NCBI GenBank assembly: GCA_024231025.1 | Contig: JAAEQW010000006.1 | Location: forward strand, 236 to 64,235 | Reading direction: 5' to 3' | Origin: Candidatus Omnitrophota bacterium | GTDB lineage: Bacteria; Omnitrophota; Gorgyraeia; Duberdicusellales; 4484-171 | DNA: 64,000 nucleotides | Part shown: positions 41,768-51,125 of the stretch, one piece after another | Layout: each line of letters starts with the position of its first letter | Position numbering within the stretch: position 1 is the stretch's first letter | Notes under the pieces: model-generated | The model's input: only the letters and a program-made list of their open reading frames with translations | Databases searched by the model: none | What the model was told of the DNA's origin: nothing | Made by a program: the position numbers and the translations under genes

Positions 41768-43220
41768 TACCGTTTATTATACTCGTAAGTAGCTCTTTTT
41801 CAAACAAATTATCTAGCCCCAAAAGGCAATTTGGATCAAAATATTTTTTCAATTTTATCATTTGTTTTATCTCATCATCACTGTACATTATTTTTAAATA
41901 ATCTCTCTTTATTTTACCTATTCCATGCTCGGCAGAAACAGTTCCGCCAAGTGCCACTGCCTTCTGGCAAAATAGCTTTAACAATTCTTTAGCTTTTGCA
42001 CTCTGCTGATCAGTTTTTGGCAAAAAATTAAAATGAAGGTGTGACTCTCCAATATGGCCAAAGTTTAAATAATGAATACCGCAATCTTGCGCCTTGTTTT
42101 TATAAAAATCGTACATTTCCATAAAATTTTCGTTCGCAACAGCAATATCGGCTGCAACCTTTACCTGGTTACTGTGGCGCAAAAACTCATTAATTTCCTG
42201 TGGCAGCCTATGCCTAAATTGAAATATCTTATCACGCAAGCGAGGGCTATCAGCAATTATGCTTTCGTCAATAGACGCGTTGCTTTCTTCAATCCAGCTA
42301 GCCAGCTTCTCCATTGCGCTATCATTTCCTTCCTGCTCAAAATATATTGCACCACTTGCCTTATTTGGAATGAAAGAATAATGCGGTTTTAAAAAATCTA
42401 AAGAATTGCCATCAAAAAACTCTAACGAAACAGGGCTGATTTCACCTTTTTCCTTTAGTAATTTAATTTTATCCGCAAATGCTATCGCGTCTTTTTCGGA
42501 CCTGAAAAAAATCAAACTATCAAATATATCTTCTGGTTCATCCTGAAGAGACAACTCCACACTAGTGATTACACCGAGTGTGCCTTCACTTCCAATAAAT
42601 AAATCGATCAAATCCATATTGTCGCAAACAAAATAACCCGCTTGCGACTTAACCGTTGGCATACTATAGGATGGTAATGTAAAATTAAAATGCTTTCCTT
42701 GATGTATAAAATCAAACACTCTGCCTCTAGCTATAAATTGACCACGTTTTATGGTGAGTTGCTCTTTTGTAGATAATACAACATCCAAGCTCATCACATA
42801 CTTTCTGATCGAACCATAACCAAAACCACGCACCCCTGAAGCCGACGTCGAAACTGCACCCGAAACGAATGCAAGCTCTTCTGTCGAAGCGGCCCTTAAA
42901 GACAGCCCGTACCTAGCAGCTTCTTGGCTAGCTTCTTGCAATGACACTCCCCCTTGAAAACAGCCGCGCCGATTGCTTTTGTCAATTTTAATTCCTTTTA
43001 GTTTCTCCAGAGATATGATTGCCCCTTCAAGCGGAACGCACCCTGCGGTAGTTCCAGTACGACCAGCAGATATGGTAAACGCCATGTTCTCTTTGACGCA
43101 TTCACCTATTGCCATTGCTACTTCTTGGGTGTTTTCGGGTATGTATAGGAGCTCGGCACTCCCCTTTAGATTAGAGGTGTCCTCTAAATAACTTTGTAAA
43201 TCGTCTCTTTTTATTATCAT
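41760..43220 (-). CDS. FAD-linked oxidoreductase (GlcD/D-lactate dehydrogenase family)
   Basis: DLFIGSEGTLGVI, FGHIG..HLH.N, GTVSAEHGIG, FDP. Confidence 0.9.
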   Translation of the reverse strand: MIIKRDDLQSYLEDTSNLKGSAELLYIPENTQEVAMAIGECVKENMAFTISAGRTGTTAGCVPLEGAIISLEKLKGIKIDKSNRRGCFQGGVSLQEASQEAARYGLSLRAASTEELAFVSGAVSTSASGVRGFGYGSIRKYVMSLDVVLSTKEQLTIKRGQFIARGRVFDFIHQGKHFNFTLPSYSMPTVKSQAGYFVCDNMDLIDLFIGSEGTLGVITSVELSLQDEPEDIFDSLIFFRSEKDAIAFADKIKLLKEKGEISPVSLEFFDGNSLDFLKPHYSFIPNKASGAIYFEQEGNDSAMEKLASWIEESNASIDESIIADSPRLRDKIFQFRHRLPQEINEFLRHSNQVKVAADIAVANENFMEMYDFYKNKAQDCGIHYLNFGHIGESHLHFNFLPKTDQQSAKAKELLKLFCQKAVALGGTVSAEHGIGKIKRDYLKIMYSDDEIKQMIKLKKYFDPNCLLGLDNLFEKELLTSIINGNV

Positions 43221-43225
43221 GAAAA

Positions 43226-43906
43226 TTAAAAAGCAAAGTTTATGCTTGCGCAAGCAGCCTGACCGTCAAAAAATTGCCCCTCTAGATTAATCCATACTCG
43301 ATCAGACAACAAAAGATCACAACCAATAAAACCTCCAATGCTCTCAGTTAAGTCTGACATCCTGCGTTTACGCTGTTCGTCTACCCAATGGATATAATCC
43401 ACCCTTGAAGCTTTTACGCCCAAGTAGGGAACAATTTTATTGAAACTGTAAGATACAAGCAGTGAGACCTGCCAATCATCAAGTATCGCCTGGTTTTTTA
43501 CACCTTCAACGCGAATAGATGATGGATGAACACTTATGTGTTGAAAACCAAAAACAATTCCTAAATCATCTTGGTCGTACAGTTTCAAACGCAAACCATA
43601 ACCACCATCAAACGATGACGGATAATCCAACTCATCACTATCTACGGGGTGCTGCTTTATGTTGCCCCCACCACCTTTTAGGTCGATCGAAAGCCAGTCA
43701 AAAACACCATAAGAAAGAAGAAGAAAATGTTGAGTGCTTCGCAGGCTTCCCCAATTGCTCTCTAAGTCGCGATCAAAAATAATATGAGTTTGACCTCCAA
43801 TAAACCATTGCCCCGACTGCGGCATTTTAGGGCCATAACAAGGCGCGCCATAACCAGCTAGCGCTACAAAGCAAATCATAAAAAAGAATAACAACGTTTT
43901 ACGCAT
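43226..43906 (-). CDS. Probable outer-membrane beta-barrel protein
   Basis: Signal peptide, alternating amphipathic strands, PYLG, terminal F. Confidence 0.6.
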   Translation of the reverse strand: MRKTLLFFFMICFVALAGYGAPCYGPKMPQSGQWFIGGQTHIIFDRDLESNWGSLRSTQHFLLLSYGVFDWLSIDLKGGGGNIKQHPVDSDELDYPSSFDGGYGLRLKLYDQDDLGIVFGFQHISVHPSSIRVEGVKNQAILDDWQVSLLVSYSFNKIVPYLGVKASRVDYIHWVDEQRKRRMSDLTESIGGFIGCDLLLSDRVWINLEGQFFDGQAACASINFAF

Positions 43907-43934
43907 TTTAACTCCTCATGAAATTGTTATCGTC

Positions 43935-44075
43935 AAAAACTACAATACACAAACCAAAAGCAAATCACAATTCCAAATAACCAAATACCAAACAAAATAA
44001 AATGCTATTGTTTTGTTCATTGGATTTTTGGTAATTAGCTATTGTTTGTGATTTGGGATTTGTTATTTGGTATTT
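43935..44075. repeat. Degenerate short-period repeat forming an imperfect inverted repeat
   Basis: caaatcacaattccaaataaccaaataccaa mirrored by ttggtaattag...tgtgatttgggatttgttatttggtattt. Confidence 0.55.
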
Positions 44076-44866
44076 CATCTCTTTACCTCATATATATCAC
44101 GTATGTTAAAAACCGGACCGTCCTTACAAACTTTTTTATAGCCTGATTTAGTGTCAATCGTACACCCGCAACAAGTGCCTAAACCACACCCCATAAATTG
44201 TTCAAATGATACTTGGCACTTTATATTTGGATATCCCTTTAGTGCCTTACTTACCCCTCGAAACATCACCTCCGGACCACAAACATATATATTGCTATTA
44301 AATTGTTCGTAGGGGCAGGTTTTAACCTGCCCTTTAATGCGATCATTCAATAGATTGACAACAGTTCCTTTTACACCTTGGCTGCCGTCATCGGTTGCAA
44401 CTAAAACAGAGCAACCAATTTGTTTTAATTCCCAACTACATAAAAGCTCTTTTTTTGTTTTCGCTCCCAAAATCACTTCTACATGGGCCTTATGATTTTG
44501 CCTTAATCGTTTAGCCAAAAACACCAGCGGAGCAACACCAATGCCACCAGCAATTAAAATATTTTTTTTAGCGTTGCCAACTGCAAAGCCATTGCCCAAT
44601 GGGCCGATAACATCTAGCGGTGACCCTTTCTTATATTCGGAAAGGATTTTTGTTCCCTTTCCCCTTACACGAAATAAAACATAAATTGTATTTTTATCTA
44701 TTTTATGGATACTAAAAGGCCGACGTAAAATAGTAGGTGGTATTTTTATATTTATAAAATTTCCCGGAAGAGATTTTTTCGCAAGATACAAAGAAGTAAA
44801 AGAAAGAAGAAATACATCACTCTTTACTTTTTTAATTTCTTTAACTTTTAACTGTTCGTATTTCAT
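44075..44866 (-). CDS. pyrK: Dihydroorotate dehydrogenase electron-transfer subunit
   Basis: RRPFS, GPLGNGF, AGGIGVAPL, CGP, MGCGLGTCCGC, VCKDGPVF. Confidence 0.9.
   Translation of the reverse strand: MKYEQLKVKEIKKVKSDVFLLSFTSLYLAKKSLPGNFINIKIPPTILRRPFSIHKIDKNTIYVLFRVRGKGTKILSEYKKGSPLDVIGPLGNGFAVGNAKKNILIAGGIGVAPLVFLAKRLRQNHKAHVEVILGAKTKKELLCSWELKQIGCSVLVATDDGSQGVKGTVVNLLNDRIKGQVKTCPYEQFNSNIYVCGPEVMFRGVSKALKGYPNIKCQVSFEQFMGCGLGTCCGCTIDTKSGYKKVCKDGPVFNIRDIYEVKR
44309..44332 (+). repeat. GTAG-type REP palindrome inside pyrK
   Basis: GTAGGGGCAGGTTTTAACCTGCCC. Confidence 0.65.
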
Positions 44867-44874
44867 TGGTGAAA

Positions 44875-45258
44875 TCAAGGACAATTTCCATTCTGCACCG
44901 GTGCATTACCATTAAAAAAATAATCATATCTGCAACCAGCATAAGGAGCTGTTGTTTTGCGCACTCTGCAATATGTGGTAGTGCATAAATATTGCCAGCC
45001 GTTAGGAGGATTTGCATCAACACCTAAAACATCACTACAGCTAGGACGTGGGCCGTAGCCGCATCTTACACCAGTACTGGTGTTTTCTTCTGCCTGCATT
45101 ACCTTATTAGCGTTATATATAACTTCTAATTTTCCACGCGCTTCATTCAATATGACTCTTTGGCGAGTTTTTTGAAAATTTATTAAGCCAACAGTAGCAA
45201 TCACCCCAACAATAATAGTTACAATGGAGATTTCTAACAAAGAAAAAGATTTTTTCAT
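44875..45258 (-). CDS. Type IV pilin-like protein
   Basis: MKKS|FSLLE class III signal, hydrophobic helix, Cys-rich head. Confidence 0.8.
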   Translation of the reverse strand: MKKSFSLLEISIVTIIVGVIATVGLINFQKTRQRVILNEARGKLEVIYNANKVMQAEENTSTGVRCGYGPRPSCSDVLGVDANPPNGWQYLCTTTYCRVRKTTAPYAGCRYDYFFNGNAPVQNGNCP

Positions 45259-46211
45259 TCGCCGCCTCCTGTTATTCTTACTATAAAATCATCAACTTTT
45301 TGCAACTGCTCAGCATTATCATCGTTGCCGTACAACTCTTTTGCTTTTTCAAGCGCCGGTAAGGCTTTATTGAAATCGGCCACAACGCTATTTTCCCTGG
45401 CTTTTGTAGTCTCCCAAGAGGCAATTGTAGTTCCAAGAAAAAAATAAGCATCAGCGTAATAAGGATTTATTGAGATTGCAGCTTTAAAGGATTCTATTGC
45501 TTTTTGCCAATCCCCAATACGTCCATAAGTCATGCCGAGGAAGTGATAAACTTTATCATTATTAGGATTAATGTTCACCACTTTTTCATACCACTTTGCC
45601 GCTAAATCATATTCCTCCATCATTTGGTAACACAAACCCATTTCGGTAAGTGCCAATACGTTATTAGGTTCAATATCAATTGCTTTTTGCAGGAAATTAA
45701 TTGAATCAGGATACTTAACAACAAAGCGATAAGCCAACCCAAGACCTATGTAGGCATTTACGTATTTATCATCAATAGTCAAAGCCTTTTTATACCATTC
45801 GATTGCGTCATCGTAACTCCCTAGCATAAAATAAGTGCTTGCAACATTATACATAGCTTTTGAATCGATAGGATTAATATCAACTGCTTTTTTTAATATC
45901 TCTATCGCTTCCCAATAACGCTGCTGACTTATAAATTTTAACCCTTCACTAAATTCTTTATCATTGCTAGCGGTTTTCTCTTCGATTAATAAATCAGAAG
46001 CAGGAGCATCTTCATTAATAGCGGCAATATCTTCCAGATAATACTTAAGGGGAACACCATTGAAATTAACTCTTATATACTCGCTAGTTCGCTCAATTAT
46101 GGCCCCGTTTAAAACTTTACCATTTTTAAGATGAATCGTCTGTGAAAAGACCGCTTGCGCAAAAACACTAAAAAATATCACTAAAAAATACTTCACTTTA
46201 TTGTTTACCAT
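45255..46211 (-). CDS. Exported TPR protein with short N-terminal beta domain
   Basis: Signal peptide; IHLKNG..LNG.I...T..YI.V...GV.L.YY; about six TPRs. Confidence 0.8.
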   Translation of the reverse strand: MVNNKVKYFLVIFFSVFAQAVFSQTIHLKNGKVLNGAIIERTSEYIRVNFNGVPLKYYLEDIAAINEDAPASDLLIEEKTASNDKEFSEGLKFISQQRYWEAIEILKKAVDINPIDSKAMYNVASTYFMLGSYDDAIEWYKKALTIDDKYVNAYIGLGLAYRFVVKYPDSINFLQKAIDIEPNNVLALTEMGLCYQMMEEYDLAAKWYEKVVNINPNNDKVYHFLGMTYGRIGDWQKAIESFKAAISINPYYADAYFFLGTTIASWETTKARENSVVADFNKALPALEKAKELYGNDDNAEQLQKVDDFIVRITGGGE

Positions 46212-46228
46212 AAAAAATTAGAGTTTTA

Positions 46229-46588
46229 CTATGAGTTAAAAAAATGCAAAAAAGTAAATTTATTAATCTCTTCCAAATTTTCGTTAGAAATGTCGACTAT
46301 TTTAACACCAACATCGTAGCGGCTACGATCCGCATCACCCATCGATATTTTTTCTACCCAAATAATTTCACATTTTAAATCAACCGTTTTTCTGGAAGGT
46401 ATTTTGATCTGCAAACGTATTTTATCGTTAATATTAAGCTCTATATAAGAAGAAAAGCATGCTCCGGCGGTGGAAATATTCTTAATAATTGCCGGATAGC
46501 CAGGAGTACCCTCAGGATTAGCCGTAAATTTCTTCCATTGCGCTACAGCACTTAGTTTTATTCTTTTAGTTTTTCTACGTTCTGTGAT
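46229..46588 (-). CDS. PilZ domain (c-di-GMP receptor) protein with ATC start
   Basis: Frame open upstream of the tracked ORF: ITERRKTKRI (RxxxR) and KNISTAG (NxSxxG); GGAGGT SD 5 nt before ATC. Confidence 0.8.
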   Translation of the reverse strand: MTERRKTKRIKLSAVAQWKKFTANPEGTPGYPAIIKNISTAGACFSSYIELNINDKIRLQIKIPSRKTVDLKCEIIWVEKISMGDADRSRYDVGVKIVDISNENLEEINKFTFLHFFNS

Positions 46589-46667
46589 ATTTTACCTCCG
46601 ATTTATTCAACCATATAATTCTATACGCTCTTTGCTTAATATGCAAGAAAAACCAATAACATTACAA

Positions 46668-47396
46668 CTAATGCGAATTGAAAACGCTCATCAGATCCTT
46701 CAATCCGCCAGAACAAGAATCAACATCAGTGATTACTTTTTCAAAATCCAATGAATTATCATAATCGCATATCATTTTTTTACCTTCTAACTCAGGCTTC
46801 ATTGCCTTTACAGCCTTTACGCTCACTTTGCAGCCATTATCAGTTGGACCGATTATCGCACAATCAAAAACCATCGCACCATTCATGAAATCCATTTGAT
46901 AATTTGCCGGTATACATCGCTTAAATTTCCTTTTAAATGCTAGGAATTTTGGAGATTGAGTATCAATAGGGGTATTACTTTTCTTATTCCCCGCCACTGG
47001 CATCGCAACTGATTTTCGTTTTTTGAATCGTTTTTTGATATCCTCTCGAATTTTGCTCTTCTTTTCAACTTTACTCACACCAAAAATACTAGCTAACACC
47101 TCTTGGAACTGATCGCCTGATAGTGGCCCATCGCTGCCCTCTTGATACATTTGGCCTTGCTCATCGGAATTAACTTCTTCTTGGAGGTATTCAATCTCAT
47201 CAAGGTAGTATGTTAATACCACACCTTCTAAATCTACTTGGATGGACTCATTAGTTCTTGAAATTATTTCACCTTCAACAACCCCTCCAGATTTCAAATA
47301 TATTTTTTCTGCCAATACATTGCCAGTCAAACAAAAAATAAAAAGCATAAAACCAATACTTCTCAATGTAGATAATTTATTGTTTAGTCTAAGCAT
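46668..47396 (-). CDS. Exported hypothetical protein (shared N-terminal beta domain, Cys-containing C-terminus)
   Basis: Signal peptide; IYLKSG..VEGEII..T...I.V...GV.LTYY. Confidence 0.6.
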   Translation of the reverse strand: MLRLNNKLSTLRSIGFMLFIFCLTGNVLAEKIYLKSGGVVEGEIISRTNESIQVDLEGVVLTYYLDEIEYLQEEVNSDEQGQMYQEGSDGPLSGDQFQEVLASIFGVSKVEKKSKIREDIKKRFKKRKSVAMPVAGNKKSNTPIDTQSPKFLAFKRKFKRCIPANYQMDFMNGAMVFDCAIIGPTDNGCKVSVKAVKAMKPELEGKKMICDYDNSLDFEKVITDVDSCSGGLKDLMSVFNSH

Positions 47397-48283
47397 ATTT
47401 CTTGGAATTTGCAGTTTTTACAACGCCAGCTATCTTCTGCTTTTGGGCACAGCTTGGCGTCGATTTTATTATTTTTTACATCTAGAAGAACTGCTCTCAT
47501 CTCTGCTAAGCTACCTCTAATATGCGTCTTTACGATATCAATATTTACTGGCATTACTGCATCAGTCGAAAAACCTTTTTGGGTTAAGTATATCGGAATA
47601 ATATTAACGTCCTCTGGATCTAGCCCCCATTTACTAACTGCATACAGCACATAGCAAGACAGCTGCAGCACATCCTTCTCGGATGGTTTTCCTGTTTTCC
47701 AATCATACAGGCAATACTTATTTGTTTTTATCGCAAGATCCGGAATAGCAAAAGTTTTTACTCCTTCAAAATTAAAACTATCTAATTCGTCAATTGTTAA
47801 AAAATTTTCTTTTTCAAGCTTAGAAAAATTATCGATCAATCCGGAATTATAAAAATTATAAATACTTTCCACAGCTTTGCGAATTCTACGAGATAGTTCT
47901 TCCCGTGTGGGTTCGCGCTTATAATAATGTTCAAGCAAATTAAGATTATTCTTAATATTTTTTTCCCAAGCAGAACTACGTGATTGCTCCCATGTCTTTA
48001 CTAGCTGGTGCTTTATTGTATTGCGCGCCTGATCAAGAGTAACCCCTTCACCATTAAGCATGGTTCTCAAAATCCATTTAATGGCTTGATGCACGATGTC
48101 GCCTATCCAGGCATCCATATTGCGAACGTTTTTTAAGATATATGCTTTACGAGCCAATTCGTCTGAGTTTCTTTCCCAACCCCCCCATGAAGCATAATAT
48201 TGATAATAATATGCTCGACGGCACTCATTAAAAAGGCGTCCACGAGAAAATGACCAAGTTAATACGTTTTTTAATTTACCCAT
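47384..48283 (-). CDS. PD-(D/E)XK (RecB/Cas4-like) nuclease
   Basis: WSFSR...ECRR, IPDL, YDWKTG, QL..Y, C-terminal Cys cluster. Confidence 0.85.
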   Translation of the reverse strand: MGKLKNVLTWSFSRGRLFNECRRAYYYQYYASWGGWERNSDELARKAYILKNVRNMDAWIGDIVHQAIKWILRTMLNGEGVTLDQARNTIKHQLVKTWEQSRSSAWEKNIKNNLNLLEHYYKREPTREELSRRIRKAVESIYNFYNSGLIDNFSKLEKENFLTIDELDSFNFEGVKTFAIPDLAIKTNKYCLYDWKTGKPSEKDVLQLSCYVLYAVSKWGLDPEDVNIIPIYLTQKGFSTDAVMPVNIDIVKTHIRGSLAEMRAVLLDVKNNKIDAKLCPKAEDSWRCKNCKFQEICLD

Positions 48284-48299
48284 ATGGTTTTAAATTATT

Positions 48300-49289
48300 C
48301 TAGCAAATTTTCAGAAAGTTGCAATTTATACATTTACAACTGAATTCTTCAATTAAATCAATCATATTTTGCCGAGACTTAGTTTTGGCCACTTTCGCTC
48401 GCAATGGTTTTGCTCCAGCGAACCCTCGCGTATACCAAATAAAAAACTTTGAAAATTTTATTATTCCGCTTCTTTCGCCGTAAAAATCAATAGACAAATC
48501 GAGATGCACTATCATAATTTTTACGATATCGTCTATGCTGGGGCGATTTATGATTTCTCCGCTTTTTAAAAACTCTTTTATCTGACCAGTCAACCAGGGG
48601 TTTCCCAAAACCCCTCGTGCAAGCAACAAGCCGTCACAACCTGTTTCATCAAACATTTTTTTAGCTAATTTAACACTTAAAATATCACCACTTGCAATTA
48701 CAGGTATTGACAACGCATCTTTAATTTTTTTTATTGCCAAATAATCCACACCTCCTCGGTACCCTTGCTCTTTTGTTCGACCGTGCACAAAAAGAGCAGA
48801 TATTCCGGCATCTTGAGCACGCAAAGCTATATCAACCGCCGACCGGCTATCATCCCAGCCGATTCGTATTTTTGCGGTAACCGCAACCTCTGACTTTTTT
48901 ACCATTAGCTCAAGCAAGCTCTGTAACTTTTTAGGATCTTTCAATAAAGCGGCCCCTTTACCTCTGGCAGCTACTTTTTTTTGCGGGCAAGCAGCATTGA
49001 AATCTAGAATATCAAACTCATATCCACCAAGTAAATCAATTGCCTTAGCAAGATCATCTAAATCATTAGAAAGTAATTGTATTCCCCACGGGCGGTCACC
49101 GGGTGCAGTTCGTAACATTTTTTTAGTTCGCTTGCTAGCATACACCATTGAGCGTGCACAAATCATTTCTGAAAATGCGAGAGTACAACCAAATTGACGA
49201 TTTAAAATCCGAAACGGAAGTGAACTGATTCCTGCCAATGGCGCAAGGACTAAAGGATCGGGTAAGGAAAGGGTACCTATTTTTAACAT
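48300..49289 (-). CDS. dusB: tRNA-dihydrouridine synthase
   Basis: LAPLAG, DFNAACP, G.GAAL, K.R.GW, VHGRT, ASGDI. Confidence 0.9.
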   Translation of the reverse strand: MLKIGTLSLPDPLVLAPLAGISSLPFRILNRQFGCTLAFSEMICARSMVYASKRTKKMLRTAPGDRPWGIQLLSNDLDDLAKAIDLLGGYEFDILDFNAACPQKKVAARGKGAALLKDPKKLQSLLELMVKKSEVAVTAKIRIGWDDSRSAVDIALRAQDAGISALFVHGRTKEQGYRGGVDYLAIKKIKDALSIPVIASGDILSVKLAKKMFDETGCDGLLLARGVLGNPWLTGQIKEFLKSGEIINRPSIDDIVKIMIVHLDLSIDFYGERSGIIKFSKFFIWYTRGFAGAKPLRAKVAKTKSRQNMIDLIEEFSCKCINCNFLKIC

Positions 49290-49330
49290 AGCACAGGTGC
49301 GAAAGCATCATTCATAATCACAAATAACAG

Positions 49331-50002
49331 CTACTTTACTTTTATAGCCATAACTTTAATAGAATCTGCGGCGTCTTCTATCTTATCGGTAATTCCTTCA
49401 AGATATTCAGCTAAATGGTAGACAACCATAAGTTTACCAGCCGGAAGATCAGAATTTACTATAATCCCGATAAGGGTATTTTTCTGATCATCAGCCTTGC
49501 TCTCCAGTTCATCCACTTCATGACAATCTTTAATTGCTTGCTTAGCTTCATTGTTAAGCAAAGCACCAATAGCATCTTTTAGTTTGGATATTGAATCAAA
49601 GATAATTTGTGTCGCAATCGTAATATTATCCATTAACTTTTCAGGTAACGGTTTATCTAAAAAACCAAGCAAACGCGCTGAACCATTGGTCCAATCAGCA
49701 ATTCGATCAAGCGTCTTAATAAAGTGCATAAGATCTTCTCGGTCGTGAGGAAGAAGCGGACTTTCTGAAAGCATATCTATCATTTTAGAGCGTATACCAT
49801 CGGCTTCTTTTTCATTTTTACGCACTTCTGCAATAAATTTTACTTTCGCCGCGCTATCACCTTCAATATAGGCAGAAATCGCATTCTTGAAATTTACTAC
49901 TGTTTGATAAGTCACATCAACATGCGTTTTAGCATCTTTAAGTAGCGCCTCTTCTTGTTTCATTCCTAGCCAACCAAATATATTTCTTGATTCTGTAGAC
50001 AT
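49331..50002 (-). CDS. DUF47 phosphate transport regulator
   Basis: E.EAD, P.DRED, D.IAD, E..AD helical repeats; adjacent to PiT. Confidence 0.88.
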   Translation of the reverse strand: MSTESRNIFGWLGMKQEEALLKDAKTHVDVTYQTVVNFKNAISAYIEGDSAAKVKFIAEVRKNEKEADGIRSKMIDMLSESPLLPHDREDLMHFIKTLDRIADWTNGSARLLGFLDKPLPEKLMDNITIATQIIFDSISKLKDAIGALLNNEAKQAIKDCHEVDELESKADDQKNTLIGIIVNSDLPAGKLMVVYHLAEYLEGITDKIEDAADSIKVMAIKVK

Positions 50003-50014
50003 ATTCGCCTCCTT

Positions 50015-50989
50015 TTAAACAATTTTCATAAACATCAAACACTTTATGATTAAGAAAGATAAAAACCCCGCCGCAAATGGCGTAAGAGTCCATGCCAATA
50101 TTATATCGCGTACTACTTGTTTTTGTATAGCTTTTACACCTCGCACCAAACCCACTCCAAAAATAGCCCCCACCACTGAATGAGAGGTTGAAACAGGTAT
50201 TCCCATCATGGTGTAAATATGAATATTTAGAGCTGAAGCCAAATTAACTACTACTGCAGCTAGTGGCACCAAATTTGTTATATTAAATCCCACAGTTTCA
50301 ATAACTCGCTTACCCCAGGTAGTTATACCAATGATGATTGCTATTGCTCCAATTATCATTGCAGTCGTAAGGTTTATTGTTCCAGAACCGACAATCACTC
50401 CAGTTACATTAGCAACATCATTTGCCCCCCATGTAAAAGCAAGATATATGCTACCTCCAAAAATAAGAACTGTTAATAACGGTTCAGATAACCGTCGCGG
50501 TACCAAAACATAAAATAAGCGCCGAATTGGATGATAAAGTAAAAATGCAAGCAAAGCCGCCCCAATCGGAGTTAATAGCCAGCAAATAAAAATATCAAAA
50601 AGCTTCCTCCAGACAATAACAGTTCCTAGGGCCAAGCCCGCTCCGGCAACTGCTCCAACAGTGGAATGAGAAGTCGAAACCGGAAGCTTAAAATAGGTAG
50701 CCGATAAAACCCAAAGCCCAGCACCAAAGCAAGCAGCCAAGGCAATTGCCATGGCAAAATTGGGATCGATCTTGTCTAAAGGAACAATTCCTTTACCAAC
50801 AGTTTTTATTACTCGGTGCCCTAACATGATTGCACCTAAAAAAGAAAACACACAGATTAAAACTGTGGCTTGCTTTAAAGTCATCTTTCTAGAGCCGATT
50901 CCCACGCCAACGCAATTGGCCGCGTCATTGGCTCCGATAGACCAACCGATAAATCCACCCGCGAGTAGTGTTAAAAGAATTAAAATCAT
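50015..50989 (-). CDS. PiT family inorganic phosphate transporter
   Basis: GANDAAN/GANDVAN and PVSTSH motifs, each twice. Confidence 0.93.
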   Translation of the reverse strand: MILILLTLLAGGFIGWSIGANDAANCVGVGIGSRKMTLKQATVLICVFSFLGAIMLGHRVIKTVGKGIVPLDKIDPNFAMAIALAACFGAGLWVLSATYFKLPVSTSHSTVGAVAGAGLALGTVIVWRKLFDIFICWLLTPIGAALLAFLLYHPIRRLFYVLVPRRLSEPLLTVLIFGGSIYLAFTWGANDVANVTGVIVGSGTINLTTAMIIGAIAIIIGITTWGKRVIETVGFNITNLVPLAAVVVNLASALNIHIYTMMGIPVSTSHSVVGAIFGVGLVRGVKAIQKQVVRDIILAWTLTPFAAGFLSFLIIKCLMFMKIV

Positions 50990-51125
50990 ATAGTAATAAA
51001 AGATAAATAATAAGGAAAGGAATTCTAACTTAAAATAGTAATTATGACAAGAACTTTATGAAGGGATTGTTATTGAAAACTAAATGGCTTCATTGCCCTA
51101 GCGCGATTCTATAACGGAATACTTT

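Noticed and set aside
47384-48283. Cas4 of a CRISPR system
   Set aside because: Stand-alone RecB-like nuclease with no cas1/cas2 or array in the window
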